The notes under the pieces were generated by a model. That model was not told the DNA's origin and did no database searches. It saw only the letters and a list, made by a program, of their open reading frames with translations. The translations under genes and the position numbers were made by a program. A stretch of DNA of 64,000 nt from Acidobacteriota bacterium (GTDB taxonomy: Bacteria > Acidobacteriota > CAIWXX01): assembly GCA_040755995.1 (NCBI GenBank), contig JBFMAF010000031.1:64001-128000 (forward strand), in the 5' to 3' direction. Every line of letters starts with the position of its first letter. Within the stretch, counting starts at the first letter, position 1. This document shows positions 1-10,458 of this stretch, piece after piece.

Positions 1-438
1 CGCCATCGGATGGTCACGCAGGAGAGGCAGCTGCTGTCGACGAGGCTGGGATTCGCCGAGATCCCGCCGGAGATCGTCGAAGCGGGATTCAGCGACGACA
101 TACAGACGCGCGTAGACGCGAGCGCGCGGATGTACGAGCGCATCCGCGCGGATCTCGGACGAGAGATCGCCCAGTACGCCGTGCTGTTCGGGTTCAACGT
201 CCGCTGCTACTTCGGATTCAACGATCGTGAGGCGCAGCACCTGCTCGAGCTCCGAACGGGGCGGCAGGGGCATCGGAGCTACCGGCGGGTCTGCCAGGAG
301 ATGTACCGGCAGATGCTCGCCGTGGCCCCCGAGCGCGTACGTGCGATCTGCCAGTTCGTCGACCTGAACGACTACGAGTGGCCTCGCGCCGACTCCGAGG
401 CGTGGCAGCGCGCGATGGAGGCTGGTCTCGGGTCTTGA
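1..438 (+). CDS. thyX: FAD-dependent thymidylate synthase ThyX-like protein, C-terminal part (5'-truncated by window edge)
   Basis: Frame is open from base 1 (RHRMVTQERQLLST). AQYAV..F and LLELRT..QGH.SYRRVCQEM match the C-terminal domain of long/tandem ThyX proteins. Confidence 0.75.
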   Translation, partial: RHRMVTQERQLLSTRLGFAEIPPEIVEAGFSDDIQTRVDASARMYERIRADLGREIAQYAVLFGFNVRCYFGFNDREAQHLLELRTGRQGHRSYRRVCQEMYRQMLAVAPERVRAICQFVDLNDYEWPRADSEAWQRAMEAGLGS

Positions 439-532
439 TTGCCCGCGGATCGCCGAATTCGATGAATGAATCCAATGTGATCAGTTGGTTCGCGGCAGTT
501 GGACTTCGGAAATCGGCTCGTCATCCAGCCGC

Positions 533-1546
533 ATGCCTGGCCTGATTTCCCCTCGGGATCTCCCGCCGCCGCCGGACGGCATGACGGGATGGCCGTGGAC
601 GTGCGACGAACTGCCGCATGTCGCACGCACTCTGCCCGATGGATCTCCGTGGCCGCTCGTCAGCGTCATCACGCCATCATACAATCATGCACACTTCCTG
701 GAAGAGGCGATCCGGTCGGTGCTCCTGCAGGGCTATCCGAACCTCGAGTACATCGTGATAGACGGTGGCAGCAGCGACGGCAGCGTGGACCTCATTCGCA
801 AGTACGAGCCCTGGATCACAAGCTGGGTGAGCGAGCGCGACGAGGGGCACGTCCACGCGATCAACAAGGGGTTCTGGCGGTCCACCGGGGATTTCCTCGC
901 CTGGATCAACGCCGACGACTTGCTGTATCCAGGTTTCCTGATCCAACGTGTCACGCAGTTCCACGAGCGTCCTGACGTGGCCCTGGTCTACGGGGATGTG
1001 GAGACCGCCTGGGACAGGGATCCGAGGAGATGGCAAAGGAAGGGCAGGGCAATCACGCTGCGCGAGATGGTCCGCACGGCCGCGACACCGATGCCGCAGC
1101 AGGCATGCATGTGGCGGAGGCGGGTGTTTGACAAGATCGGCTGGCTCGACCAGAAGTGGAAGACCATAATGGATCGCGAGTTCCTGCTTCGAACGTGTAT
1201 GCACTTCAAGGCGGAGTATATTCCGGGCAAGGTGGGCCTGTTCAGATTCCACGGGGGCTCCAAGTCGGTGTCGATATCTCACGTCTGGCTGGATGAGGTG
1301 CCCGCTCTCTACACAGAGATATTCGACCGGCCGTACTTCCCCGAGGAACTGAAGCCCCTACGGAAAGAGAGCCTCAGCTCAGCCTACATCTTCTCTGCGA
1401 GGACGGCCTATGGGACCGGCGCGAGACGCCTCGCCTACGGCTTCACGCTGCGGGCGATTCGTGCCTATCCCAAGCTCCTGCTGAGAAGGAACGAGATCTA
1501 CATCGGGCTGTGGAAGTGCATCCGCAGGCTCTTGCGGATCTCCTGA
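533..1546 (+). CDS. Glycosyltransferase family 2
   Basis: VSVITPSYN, YIVIDGGSSDGS, AINKG, WINADD motifs. ATG 533 chosen over TTG 485. Confidence 0.92.
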   Translation: MPGLISPRDLPPPPDGMTGWPWTCDELPHVARTLPDGSPWPLVSVITPSYNHAHFLEEAIRSVLLQGYPNLEYIVIDGGSSDGSVDLIRKYEPWITSWVSERDEGHVHAINKGFWRSTGDFLAWINADDLLYPGFLIQRVTQFHERPDVALVYGDVETAWDRDPRRWQRKGRAITLREMVRTAATPMPQQACMWRRRVFDKIGWLDQKWKTIMDREFLLRTCMHFKAEYIPGKVGLFRFHGGSKSVSISHVWLDEVPALYTEIFDRPYFPEELKPLRKESLSSAYIFSARTAYGTGARRLAYGFTLRAIRAYPKLLLRRNEIYIGLWKCIRRLLRIS

Positions 1547-1576
1547 TCGCCGCGCCCGGGTGGCGCGGTATCGGGC

Positions 1577-2362
1577 TCAGGGCGAATCGCCTTGCGGGGG
1601 CGGGCGCCTCTCGCTGCCTTTCCTGAGGAACGCCGCATCCGCGTAGGAGAGAGTCATGCAGGGAGGATGCCGGCGTTCCTCGACGAACTCCAGAAAGCGG
1701 AACCCGCTCGCATCCATGAAGCCCACGATCTCGCTGAAGCCGGCCTGGCCCTCGTAGAGGGGTTCCACCAGGATCTCCATCATGACCACGGTCGTGTCGG
1801 CCAGCGTCCTCTGTGCACCTCGCAACACCGCCAGCTCGAATCCCTGGACATCCAGCTTCATGAAGATCGGCGGCTCGAAGCTGCTCTGTTGGGCGATCTC
1901 GTCGAGCGTCGCCACCTGCACCTCAATTCTCCGGGCGTGCGCAGTCTTCGGGGATATCTCGCGATGCCGGTCGAGCATTGGCAGGAAACTGCTCGACGGG
2001 TCGTAATCGTTCTCGAACATCTCCGCTCGCCCGGCGTGATCGCCCAGCGCTGTAGGATGGACTCGGATGCGCGGTTCCGAGGCGGCCGCGGCCTGCAGCG
2101 CCGCCTGGCAGCCGCTCAGCGGTTCGAATGCATGGATCACGGCGTGCGGGAACAGCGCTGCGCACCAACGCGCAAACTGCCCGCGATTCGCTCCGACATC
2201 CAGCACCGTACGAATGTCGGCGTAGAGGCCGATTCGCCGAAGGAACTGATACAACGGTAGTGGGATGCGGCGCCGGCGGGCGTACCAGGCTCCGGGCGTG
2301 TCGAGGAGATCGGCATACCGGCGGAGTCTCCGCGCCCAGCTGCTCGCCCAACGATTCGTCAT
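1577..2362 (-). CDS. FkbM-family methyltransferase
   Basis: VLDVGANRGQF, HAFEP and KLDVQGFE motifs. Confidence 0.92.
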   Translation of the reverse strand: MTNRWASSWARRLRRYADLLDTPGAWYARRRRIPLPLYQFLRRIGLYADIRTVLDVGANRGQFARWCAALFPHAVIHAFEPLSGCQAALQAAAASEPRIRVHPTALGDHAGRAEMFENDYDPSSSFLPMLDRHREISPKTAHARRIEVQVATLDEIAQQSSFEPPIFMKLDVQGFELAVLRGAQRTLADTTVVMMEILVEPLYEGQAGFSEIVGFMDASGFRFLEFVEERRHPPCMTLSYADAAFLRKGSERRPPPQGDSP

Positions 2363-2545
2363 GCCGAGGACAGGATACCAGAAGATAGGTGTGCGCGTGT
2401 ACTCGCCCGCTGGGCCGCTCGTGCTGACCCGTCGCGACCGATCGTGATAGCATCTTCACGGAACGCGGTCAGCGATGGAGGAAGTTGCGATGGCAAAAGG
2501 GCAGGCCCGCAGGAGAGCGCTGCCTATGGTGGAGGCCGCGGGGCT

Positions 2546-3292
2546 GTGATCCGTCTGCCGTTCTCGATAGAGCCCCTTGTGCGATTGCTGCCCGCGTCAT
2601 GGGCAGCAGCCATCGACTACCATCTCCGCCCGCATCTTCGAAGGGAATGGCACGGGCCGTTCAACGGACAACATCATCGCCAGCAGATCTTCCGGGACCT
2701 GGTGGCGGCATGCGACTTCGTCGCGATCGCGGAGACGGGCACATACCGCGGAAGCACCACGGAGTTCATGGCCCGGCAGACAGGCCTGCCGGTGTACACG
2801 GCCGAAGTGGCGCGGCGATATCACGGCTATGCCGCTCGGCGGCTCCGGCGCGTCGCCGGCGTCCACCTGTTCTTGGACGACTCGCGCCGCTTCCTGAGGC
2901 GACTCGCGGAGGATCCGGAGATACCCAAGAGCAGCGTGTTCTTCTATCTGGACGCCCACTGGTACGGGGATCATCCGCTTCTGGAGGAACTCGGGATCAT
3001 CTTCTCCCGGTGGAGCCGGCCCGTCGTCATGATCGACGACTTCGCAGTGCCGGACGACCCGGGATACGACTGTGATGACGAGGGGGCCGGACGCCGGCTG
3101 TGCCTGGCCTACATCGAACCGCCTCTTCTGAAGTTCGATCTCGTGCCCTTCTTCCCGCGGCTGAGATCGGAGCTGGAGTCGGGCAGCAGGCAGGGTTGCG
3201 TCGTCCTCGCCCGCGGCGAGACGCTCTCGCTGCTGGGCGGCGTCACATCTCTCCGCCGCTGCGGGGGACGGCGCGAGGCATCGAGCGTATGA
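2546..3292 (+). CDS. Putative class I SAM-dependent methyltransferase-like protein
   Basis: AETGTYRGSTT, FYLDAH, VMIDDF motifs. GTG 2546 is preceded by GGAGG. Confidence 0.7.
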   Translation: MIRLPFSIEPLVRLLPASWAAAIDYHLRPHLRREWHGPFNGQHHRQQIFRDLVAACDFVAIAETGTYRGSTTEFMARQTGLPVYTAEVARRYHGYAARRLRRVAGVHLFLDDSRRFLRRLAEDPEIPKSSVFFYLDAHWYGDHPLLEELGIIFSRWSRPVVMIDDFAVPDDPGYDCDDEGAGRRLCLAYIEPPLLKFDLVPFFPRLRSELESGSRQGCVVLARGETLSLLGGVTSLRRCGGRREASSV

Positions 3293-3317
3293 TGCACTCC
3301 GCCCCGGGGACAGAGCG

Positions 3318-4760
3318 GTGAAGAAGCAGCTCTCGCACCAGATCTTCTGGGGCGCCACCTGGCTCAACATCGCCAACGGCGCGAGCATGGCCATGGGGTT
3401 TCTCCAGCAGATCGTGTTCGTGCGTTGTATGGGTCTGAGCCAGTACGGGTCGATGCAGATAGCCGTGGCTGCGTTCGAAGTGGCGGTGGCGTTCTTCGAT
3501 TTCAACCTGTACTACTCGGCTATCCGATACGGCGGCGAGGCGCTGGGGAGAGGGGATCAACGCAAGTTCGAGGAGGTATTCTCGGCCGCGCTGCAGATCA
3601 AGGCGATTCTTGCCGCCCTGCTGCTGGTGATGGCGACCGTCGTGTGGGGGATCGGCGCGTCCTACCGAGGCACAACGCTGGGGATACCCTTCCTGATCCT
3701 CGCATCGAACTACCTCTTCTCCAGCCTGCTCGGCTACGCCACCACTCTGTACAACACCGAGAAGCGATTCGGTGTCGTGTCGCTCCAGAATGCGGCCATG
3801 TCGTTTGCGACATCGATAGCGATGATGACCGCCGCATTTCTGCGGGGCACCGTAGTGAGCGTGCTCCTGGGCCAGATGATCGCCACGTTCATCGTCGCCA
3901 CGATCGCCCTCTTCGTGGTGCGCCGAAAGATCTACTTCCGAAGGATCAGACGAACGGTTCTTAACGAGGTGGCCGTCTACGCCGGGCAATTCGCCATATC
4001 GAGCATCATGAAGAGGATCCTGGGGAAGACGGATACGTTGATTGTGGGCTACTTCCTCACCACCAGGGATGTCGGGCTCTACCGGATCGCCCAGACGTTC
4101 GCGTCGCCAATCTACAATGCCATCAGCCCGCTCTGGAACGTCTTGTTCCCCATCGTCGCTGAGCTTTCCGGCAAGGAGGACTACCCCAAGCTCATGACGC
4201 TGTTCCAGCGCGGTTCCCGGCTGCTCACCGTCGCAGCCATTCCAGCAGCGGGCTTCGGGTCGCTTCTGATCGCACAGTTCCTCCTGATCGCCTACAAAGT
4301 TGATGCCCCCGAGGCAGTGTCCACGTCTCTTCTGCTATTCTGGGCGTCGGCCATCTCGGCCACTATCCCGATGTGTCCTCCGATCATTCGCGTCTTCAGG
4401 AATGATGTCGCGACCTGGTACTCCGTAGTCGCCACGGTCCTCAACACAATGCTCGACTTGCTGCTGGTCCCCTACATCGGGATACTGGGCTGCGGCATCG
4501 CCACGCTGATGGTGGTGAGCCTCGGAGCGACCTTCATGTATGTCTACGTCCACCGATTCCTGTCGGCGCGCACACCCCCTGCCGAATCCAGTCCACACCT
4601 GTTCTTCTTTGCGGCGGCAATCGGTCTGATGATCTTTGGATGGATGCATCTGCACGCGATCACGGCTGCAGGCGCGGCCGCGCTGGTCGTCGCAGCCTTT
4701 GCGTTCAGGATGATCTCGCTGCGGGAGATCAGGCAGCTTTTCGGCGACCTGCGTCGCTGA
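3318..4760 (+). CDS. Oligosaccharide flippase (Wzx/MOP family)
   Basis: 480 aa with many hydrophobic segments, D.LIVGYF...DVGLY motif, and glycosyltransferase context. Confidence 0.88.
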   Translation: MKKQLSHQIFWGATWLNIANGASMAMGFLQQIVFVRCMGLSQYGSMQIAVAAFEVAVAFFDFNLYYSAIRYGGEALGRGDQRKFEEVFSAALQIKAILAALLLVMATVVWGIGASYRGTTLGIPFLILASNYLFSSLLGYATTLYNTEKRFGVVSLQNAAMSFATSIAMMTAAFLRGTVVSVLLGQMIATFIVATIALFVVRRKIYFRRIRRTVLNEVAVYAGQFAISSIMKRILGKTDTLIVGYFLTTRDVGLYRIAQTFASPIYNAISPLWNVLFPIVAELSGKEDYPKLMTLFQRGSRLLTVAAIPAAGFGSLLIAQFLLIAYKVDAPEAVSTSLLLFWASAISATIPMCPPIIRVFRNDVATWYSVVATVLNTMLDLLLVPYIGILGCGIATLMVVSLGATFMYVYVHRFLSARTPPAESSPHLFFFAAAIGLMIFGWMHLHAITAAGAAALVVAAFAFRMISLREIRQLFGDLRR

Positions 4761-4810
4761 GGCCTCGGGCTGGCCAGCTCGCCGAGGAATCGGCCGGACC
4801 ACCAGCCCTG

Positions 4811-5890
4811 CTAGCCAAGCTCTCTCGAGAGGAATGTGTTGAAGGCGGCGGCGTTCTTCGCGAGATCGTATCGGGCCTCGATCTTCTTGCGCGCCCGCAA
4901 TCCCATGGCAAGCCGCGATTCGTCGTTGTCGAGCAGCGAGCGCAGCTTCTCGACCCACTCGTCGCTCGTTGCGGCCAGGAATCCGTCAATGCCGTCGTCC
5001 ACCAAGTGCTTGTTCTCCCCGATTGAGGAAACGACCACGGGGATACCGCAGGCCATGGATTCAATCGCCTTGAACGCGCACTTGGCCCGATGCCTCGGAG
5101 TGTCCGTCAATGGCATCAGCCCGATGTCGAAGCGATGAAGCGTTGCCACGACATCCACCGAGTCGGACCAGTTCAATCTCGGGATGACCTCCATGCGCAC
5201 ACCGGCGAAGGAGCGGAGAAGCTCGAGCAGCGCCGGATCATCGAGTGACCCGACGAAGAGGAAAAGGAAGTCGGCGCGCTTCGCCAACTCGATCAACGGC
5301 TCCCTGATCAGCCTTATGTTCTCGAGATGCTCAGGGCCCGTGCCCATCCATCCTATCGTCAGCGGCTGCGCACGCAGCCGCGAGCGCAAGGGGTACTTCT
5401 CCAGCGGTACGCTCGTGGGGAGTAGAAAGACCCTCCGAGCGCCGGTCTCGACAGCAAAGCGATCCAGTTCGTGCGACCCCACCACGACGAGCTCGGCGGC
5501 ACACAACATCCGCGTCGTCAGGCGCGCCTGCCCCTCGAACACCGCGTCGTCGATGTCGAAGACGAGCTTGCGGCGGTAGCGCCGTGCGAGGAGCGCAGCG
5601 GCAAACGTCCGGCTGTAAACCGAGCGCTGAGCGAAAATCAGATCGCCGGCCGGAATCGAGGCAAGCGCGCGAACGTTTCGCACCGTCTCCCTGAGACGCA
5701 CCGAGAGCAGCTCGAATGTCGACAGAGGCCGGCCGGTGTTCTGCGTAAGGTAGCGGCGAAGCATTCGCGGTGGATCGTAGATGGTGGCTGGGCGACCGAG
5801 ACCGATCAGCGCGTCGGCGAGGTAGAACACTCGATACCTGGAACTGGCCAACCACCGGCCGCCCTTGGGGAAGAAGTGGACCCGCTTCAT
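4811..5890 (-). CDS. Glycosyltransferase family 4
   Basis: VFDIDDA, IGWMG, DIGLMPL, KAIESMACGIPVVVS motifs. Confidence 0.92.
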   Translation of the reverse strand: MKRVHFFPKGGRWLASSRYRVFYLADALIGLGRPATIYDPPRMLRRYLTQNTGRPLSTFELLSVRLRETVRNVRALASIPAGDLIFAQRSVYSRTFAAALLARRYRRKLVFDIDDAVFEGQARLTTRMLCAAELVVVGSHELDRFAVETGARRVFLLPTSVPLEKYPLRSRLRAQPLTIGWMGTGPEHLENIRLIREPLIELAKRADFLFLFVGSLDDPALLELLRSFAGVRMEVIPRLNWSDSVDVVATLHRFDIGLMPLTDTPRHRAKCAFKAIESMACGIPVVVSSIGENKHLVDDGIDGFLAATSDEWVEKLRSLLDNDESRLAMGLRARKKIEARYDLAKNAAAFNTFLSRELG

Positions 5891-6163
5891 GTTCTGTTGG
5901 CTCGCCAGACCCCGGATGCCATCGGCTGCTTCGGCGACAACAGTATATCTCGGATGGCCAGGGGCCCGCGCGACTCCTGCGTAGGTGCTCCGGCCCCCGC
6001 CGGCAGCAGGCTACCGCTCGCGCCCCAGGCGCATCCAAGCCTTGCACGCGGCGACAGCCACGCCCACGCCAGCGTCGACCGCCACGACGACGGCGAGGTC
6101 GACGGACACGGAACGGGGGTCAATAGGATGGCCCCGCGGCCGCCTCATTGGGCCGCATCCGGG

Positions 6164-7147
6164 CTAAGTGCCCTCGGCAATGATCCGGTCGTAGATCCAG
6201 GCGTATGTCTTCTCGAGGCCGGTGCGCAGCGGTGTCGACGGCTCCCAACCCAGATGCTGCCTGATCCTCGTGTTGTCGCTGTTCCGGCCGTTGACACCCT
6301 TTGGCGCAGCCGGGTTGTACTTGCGCCGCACCTTGATGCCGGCGATGCTCTCGACTATGTCGACAAGCTGGTTGATTGTGACCAGCTCGCTGCTGCCTAC
6401 ATTCAACGGCTCGATGCTGTCGCTCTCCATGATCGCCTGCGTCGCCTTGAGGCAGTCGTCGATGTAGGTGAAGCTGCGGGTGCGCGTGCCGTCGCCCCAG
6501 ACCTCGATTTCGTGGTTGCCCGAGAGCTTCGCCTGGATGACCTTGCGGCAGATGGCAGCCGGTGCCTTCTCGCGGCCTCCGTCGTACTCCCCGTGCGATC
6601 CATACACGTTGTGGTATCTGACGACCCGTGTCGCGAGCCCGAAGTCCTCCCGGAAATGGCGGCACATGCGCTCGCTGAACAGCTTCTCCCACCCGTAGCC
6701 GTCCTCGGGCATCGCCGGGTAAGCGTCGTCCTCCTTCAACGGGATCACGTCGGGCGACATCTGCTTGTCCATGTTGTAAACACAAGCCGAGGACGAGTAG
6801 AAGAAGCGCTCGACACCGAGATCCCGCGCAGCCATTAGTAGGTGCGTGTTGATGAGGACATTCAGCATGCAGAGCGCCTTGTTGGTCTCGATGAAGCCCA
6901 TGCCGCCCATGTCCGCGGCAAGGTTGTAGACCTGAGACGCGCCCTGCAGCGCCTCGTAGCAGGCCGGCTTGCCCTGGAGGTCCAGGACCAGGTTGTCCAC
7001 GTCGCGAAAACGCTGATGCCATTGGGTGAGCGGTTTGATGTCCACCGATCGCAGACGAGTGCACCCCTGCCGGCGCAAATCGGCGATGAGGTGCCCGCCG
7101 ATGAATCCGCCGCCTCCGCAGACTACGATCCTATCGTCCCTGTTCAT
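6164..7147 (-). CDS. NAD-dependent epimerase, GDP-mannose 3,5-epimerase-like
   Basis: GGGGFIG, YNLAADMGGMGFI, SSSACVY, YGWEK, GGREKAPAA motifs. Confidence 0.85.
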   Translation of the reverse strand: MNRDDRIVVCGGGGFIGGHLIADLRRQGCTRLRSVDIKPLTQWHQRFRDVDNLVLDLQGKPACYEALQGASQVYNLAADMGGMGFIETNKALCMLNVLINTHLLMAARDLGVERFFYSSSACVYNMDKQMSPDVIPLKEDDAYPAMPEDGYGWEKLFSERMCRHFREDFGLATRVVRYHNVYGSHGEYDGGREKAPAAICRKVIQAKLSGNHEIEVWGDGTRTRSFTYIDDCLKATQAIMESDSIEPLNVGSSELVTINQLVDIVESIAGIKVRRKYNPAAPKGVNGRNSDNTRIRQHLGWEPSTPLRTGLEKTYAWIYDRIIAEGT

Positions 7148-7469
7148 GCTTCACTCTCCGTGTCTACGCAAACATCGCATGCACATGTTATGCGTCCGCG
7201 AGCGCGAGATCAACACGCACTCGCACGCCGGGCCCGTAACGGGCCTGGGGGCGAGGGCCCTGGCCCACCAACGCTCCGCCGCGTCCGAGTCGCTCAGGCG
7301 CATTCACGTGCCTCCCCGATCGTGCCCAGGGACCGCGCCCGTTCGCGCTCCCGAGAAGGATGGGCCGGGAACGGGTGCGGGAAGGTGTGCAGGCACGACT
7401 CGACGGCAGCCGCCAGGGCCTCGCCATTCGTTGAGCACCCGGAGATGCGGAGATGCGCGGCGCGGCCGG

Positions 7470-7515
7470 TTGACAGGGAGCGCGATTTGTGTAAAATGAT
7501 ACTGCGTCTCATTTT
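7470..7515 (+). promoter_or_regulatory. Sigma70-type promoter overlapped by a Fur-box-like palindrome upstream of feoB
   Basis: TTGACA (7470) -16 bp- TAAAAT (7492). Inverted repeat AAAATGA-N9-TCATTTT at 7493-7515. Confidence 0.7.
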
Positions 7516-7686
7516 CAGCTAATATTGTCGAGGCGGAAGGGATGATGCGGATGAGTCAAGTCTTGGGCGCTGTGCGGCGTCGGCCCGCAGTGCGGGGATG
7601 GGAACGGGCCTTCCTGGGCACGCAGGAGCTGTTTGAGCTTGCAGTCTGAATCCTCTTCCCAGGCCCGATCTCACAAGGGGTGAGCG

Positions 7687-9624
7687 ATGGTTGGGTGTGA
7701 AGGATCGGCGGCGGCGCAGCCGGGCACCGGGCCCACCGGCCGCAGGAAGATCGCGCTCGTCGGCAATCCGAACGTCGGGAAGTCCGTGTTGTTCATGCGG
7801 CTGACCGGCCGGTACGTCGCAGTCAGCAACTACCCGGGCACCACGGTCGAGGTGACTCGCGGCGTAATGAAGCTCGGCAGAGACGAGTTCGAGGTGATCG
7901 ATACGCCCGGCGTGAATACGCTCGTGCCCCAGTCCGAGGACGAGCGCGTCACCCGCAATATTCTGATAGACGAGAAGCCTGATATCGTGGTCCAGGTCGC
8001 GGACGCGAAGAACGTCATGCGGACGTTACACGTGCTGTCGCAGCTCTCCGAGATCAGGCGCCCGACCGTGCTGGTTCTCAATCTCATGGACGAGGCGCGG
8101 CTGCGCGGGATCGAAATCCGGGACGATGAGATCTCGAAGCTCTTCGGCATCGACGTCGTGAAAACGGTGGCCACCGAGGGCACGGGAATCTCGCAGCTGC
8201 GCCGGGTTCTCCGCGGTGCGCGCCTTCCGGCGAGCCCGTTCGCGGCATCGTTCATCCCGCGCGAAGCACGGGCGCAACCCGACCTTCCGCTCCAGCTCCT
8301 GCTCGAATGGGCGCAGTACGAGGACCCTCACCCGCTGGCCCACAGGATGGGGCTCGACGGCACGCTCGGGGAATCGCTGGAGCGATACAAGGACATGGGG
8401 AGAATCGTATCCAGGGAGCGCGCGGCGTTTGTGGAGGGGCTCGTGGAGCGGATCAAGGACCAGTCGGCTCCCGCGCGAGTGCGCTGGACCGAGCTCCTGG
8501 GACAATGGACGCGCACCCCGCTGCTGGGAATTCCCATTCTCGCCGGCGTTCTGATAGCCACCTACTACTTCGTCGGCGTTCTCGGGGCAGGCGTCCTGGT
8601 AGACTTCTTCGAGGACACCCTGTTCGGCCGCTACTTGACGCCTGCACTTTCCTCCCTGCTCCGGACGCTCTCGGCCGGACAGTTCATCACAGATCTGGTT
8701 GTCGGCAAATATGGGCTGTTCAGCGTCGGGCTCACATACGCGTTCGCTATTGTGCTCCCGGTCGTCAGCACCTTCTTCATCGCCTTCGGCGTGTTGGAGG
8801 ACAGCGGCTATCTGCCGCGCCTTGCGATACTGTCAGACCGCATCTTCCGGTTGATGGGCTTGAACGGCAAGGCCGTCCTCCCGATGGTGCTGGGCCTAGG
8901 TTGCGACACCATGGCGACGTTGACGACGCGCATTCTCGGGACCAAGAAGGAACGTCTCACCACTACGATCCTCCTGGCACTCGGCGTTCCTTGCTCCGCC
9001 CAGCTGGGCGTCATCATGGGCCTTCTCGGCGCGCGATCGTCCGGCGCGCTGGTACTCTTCATCCTCCTGATTCTCTCCCAGATCCTGATCGTTGGCACTC
9101 TGTCAGGGCGCCTCCTCCCCGGCCGCCGCAGCGATTTCATCCTCGAGATCCCGCCGATCCGCATGGTGAAATGGGAGAACATCCTTCTGAAGACGGGCCT
9201 GCGCGTGAAGTGGTTCTTGCTGGAGGCCGTGCCGTTGTTTCTCGCCGGCACGATGATCCTCTTCGCAATGGACAGGCTGAAGCTGCTGGGCGCTCTTGTA
9301 GGCGGGCTGAGACCCGTCGTCAGCGGGCTGCTCGGTCTTCCTCCACAGACCGCCGAAGTGTTCGTCATGGGGTTCCTGAGGCGTGACTACGGGGCGGCCG
9401 GCCTGTTCACGATGTCAGAGGCGGGGATGCTCACGACCGTGCAGGTGGTAGTGAGTCTGACGGTGCTTACGCTCTTCGTCCCCTGCATCGCGAACTTCTT
9501 CATGATCGTCAAGGAGCAGGGCCTGAAGCGCGCGCTGCTCATTCTCGGATTCATCACGCCTTACGCCGTCGCCGCCGGCGCGGTGGTGAACTTCGCATTG
9601 CGGAGGCTCGGCGTCTCGCTCTAA
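7687..9624 (+). CDS. feoB: Ferrous iron transporter FeoB
   Basis: GNPNVGKS, NYPGTTVE, DTPG, LEDSGYLPR, GLGC, VPCSAQ, LFVPC motifs. Confidence 0.97.
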   Translation: MVGCEGSAAAQPGTGPTGRRKIALVGNPNVGKSVLFMRLTGRYVAVSNYPGTTVEVTRGVMKLGRDEFEVIDTPGVNTLVPQSEDERVTRNILIDEKPDIVVQVADAKNVMRTLHVLSQLSEIRRPTVLVLNLMDEARLRGIEIRDDEISKLFGIDVVKTVATEGTGISQLRRVLRGARLPASPFAASFIPREARAQPDLPLQLLLEWAQYEDPHPLAHRMGLDGTLGESLERYKDMGRIVSRERAAFVEGLVERIKDQSAPARVRWTELLGQWTRTPLLGIPILAGVLIATYYFVGVLGAGVLVDFFEDTLFGRYLTPALSSLLRTLSAGQFITDLVVGKYGLFSVGLTYAFAIVLPVVSTFFIAFGVLEDSGYLPRLAILSDRIFRLMGLNGKAVLPMVLGLGCDTMATLTTRILGTKKERLTTTILLALGVPCSAQLGVIMGLLGARSSGALVLFILLILSQILIVGTLSGRLLPGRRSDFILEIPPIRMVKWENILLKTGLRVKWFLLEAVPLFLAGTMILFAMDRLKLLGALVGGLRPVVSGLLGLPPQTAEVFVMGFLRRDYGAAGLFTMSEAGMLTTVQVVVSLTVLTLFVPCIANFFMIVKEQGLKRALLILGFITPYAVAAGAVVNFALRRLGVSL

Positions 9625-9641
9625 CTCGAAAGGGGGCGGTC

Positions 9642-10316
9642 ATGACGATGAATCGCAGGGAACTCGACGAGGTTCTGGAGTACATCTGGATGTCGCGCGA
9701 GGGCGGCGACGCCGCTCAGGAAATCGCGGAGTGCGACAAGCTGTCGACATCGGATGAGGAGCTGGCCGAGCTGGAGGCGGCGGGACTGATCCGCCGGCGC
9801 GGCCAGCAGGTCGAGTTCACCGATCGCGGGGAGGCGGAGGCCTCCGACCTGGTCCGCCGGCACCGTCTGGCGGAGCGCCTCATCGTGGACATCCTCGGGC
9901 CCGGCGGTCACGAGGTACAAGATGCGGCCTGCGAGTTCGAGCACGTCATAGCGCCGCGTCTGACCGAGTCCATCTGCACGCTGCTGGGACACCCGCGGAA
10001 GTGCCCCCACGGCCTGCCGATTCCGGAAGGCGACTGCTGCCGCGAGGCGCGCCGGCAGGTAGAATCAGTCGTCGTACCACTCACCGCTCTCCAAGTGGGC
10101 GAGGCGGCGCCGCTGGCGTACATCAGCACGCGCGACTACCCGAGGCTCCAGAAGCTGATTTCATTCGGAATCTCGCCGGGTGTGCAGATCAGGGTGCACC
10201 AGCGATTCCCGACTTACGTGATCCAGGCCGAAGAGACGCAGATCGCGCTCGAGAGCCAGGTAGCTCGCGACATCTACCTGTGGCGGGGGAGGAGCGAGCC
10301 GAAGACGGCACTCTGA
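9642..10316 (+). CDS. DtxR/MntR-family metal-dependent regulator with C-terminal FeoA domain
   Basis: RRHRLAERL, ACEFEH, LGHPRKCPHGLPIP, followed by a FeoA-like tail (LISFGISPGVQIRV). Confidence 0.9.
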   Translation: MTMNRRELDEVLEYIWMSREGGDAAQEIAECDKLSTSDEELAELEAAGLIRRRGQQVEFTDRGEAEASDLVRRHRLAERLIVDILGPGGHEVQDAACEFEHVIAPRLTESICTLLGHPRKCPHGLPIPEGDCCREARRQVESVVVPLTALQVGEAAPLAYISTRDYPRLQKLISFGISPGVQIRVHQRFPTYVIQAEETQIALESQVARDIYLWRGRSEPKTAL

Positions 10317-10458
10317 TGGCGCTCGCGCGCTGTCCCTGGGGCCTTGCATTTCGCGACGGCCTCGGTTCTGCGCGGGCGCAAGCAGGCGTGAGCGCTTGAC
10401 GCGCGTCCCTTCCCTGGCCTAGTCTAGCACGGCGCTGGAGCGAGGCGCCGAGCTGGAG

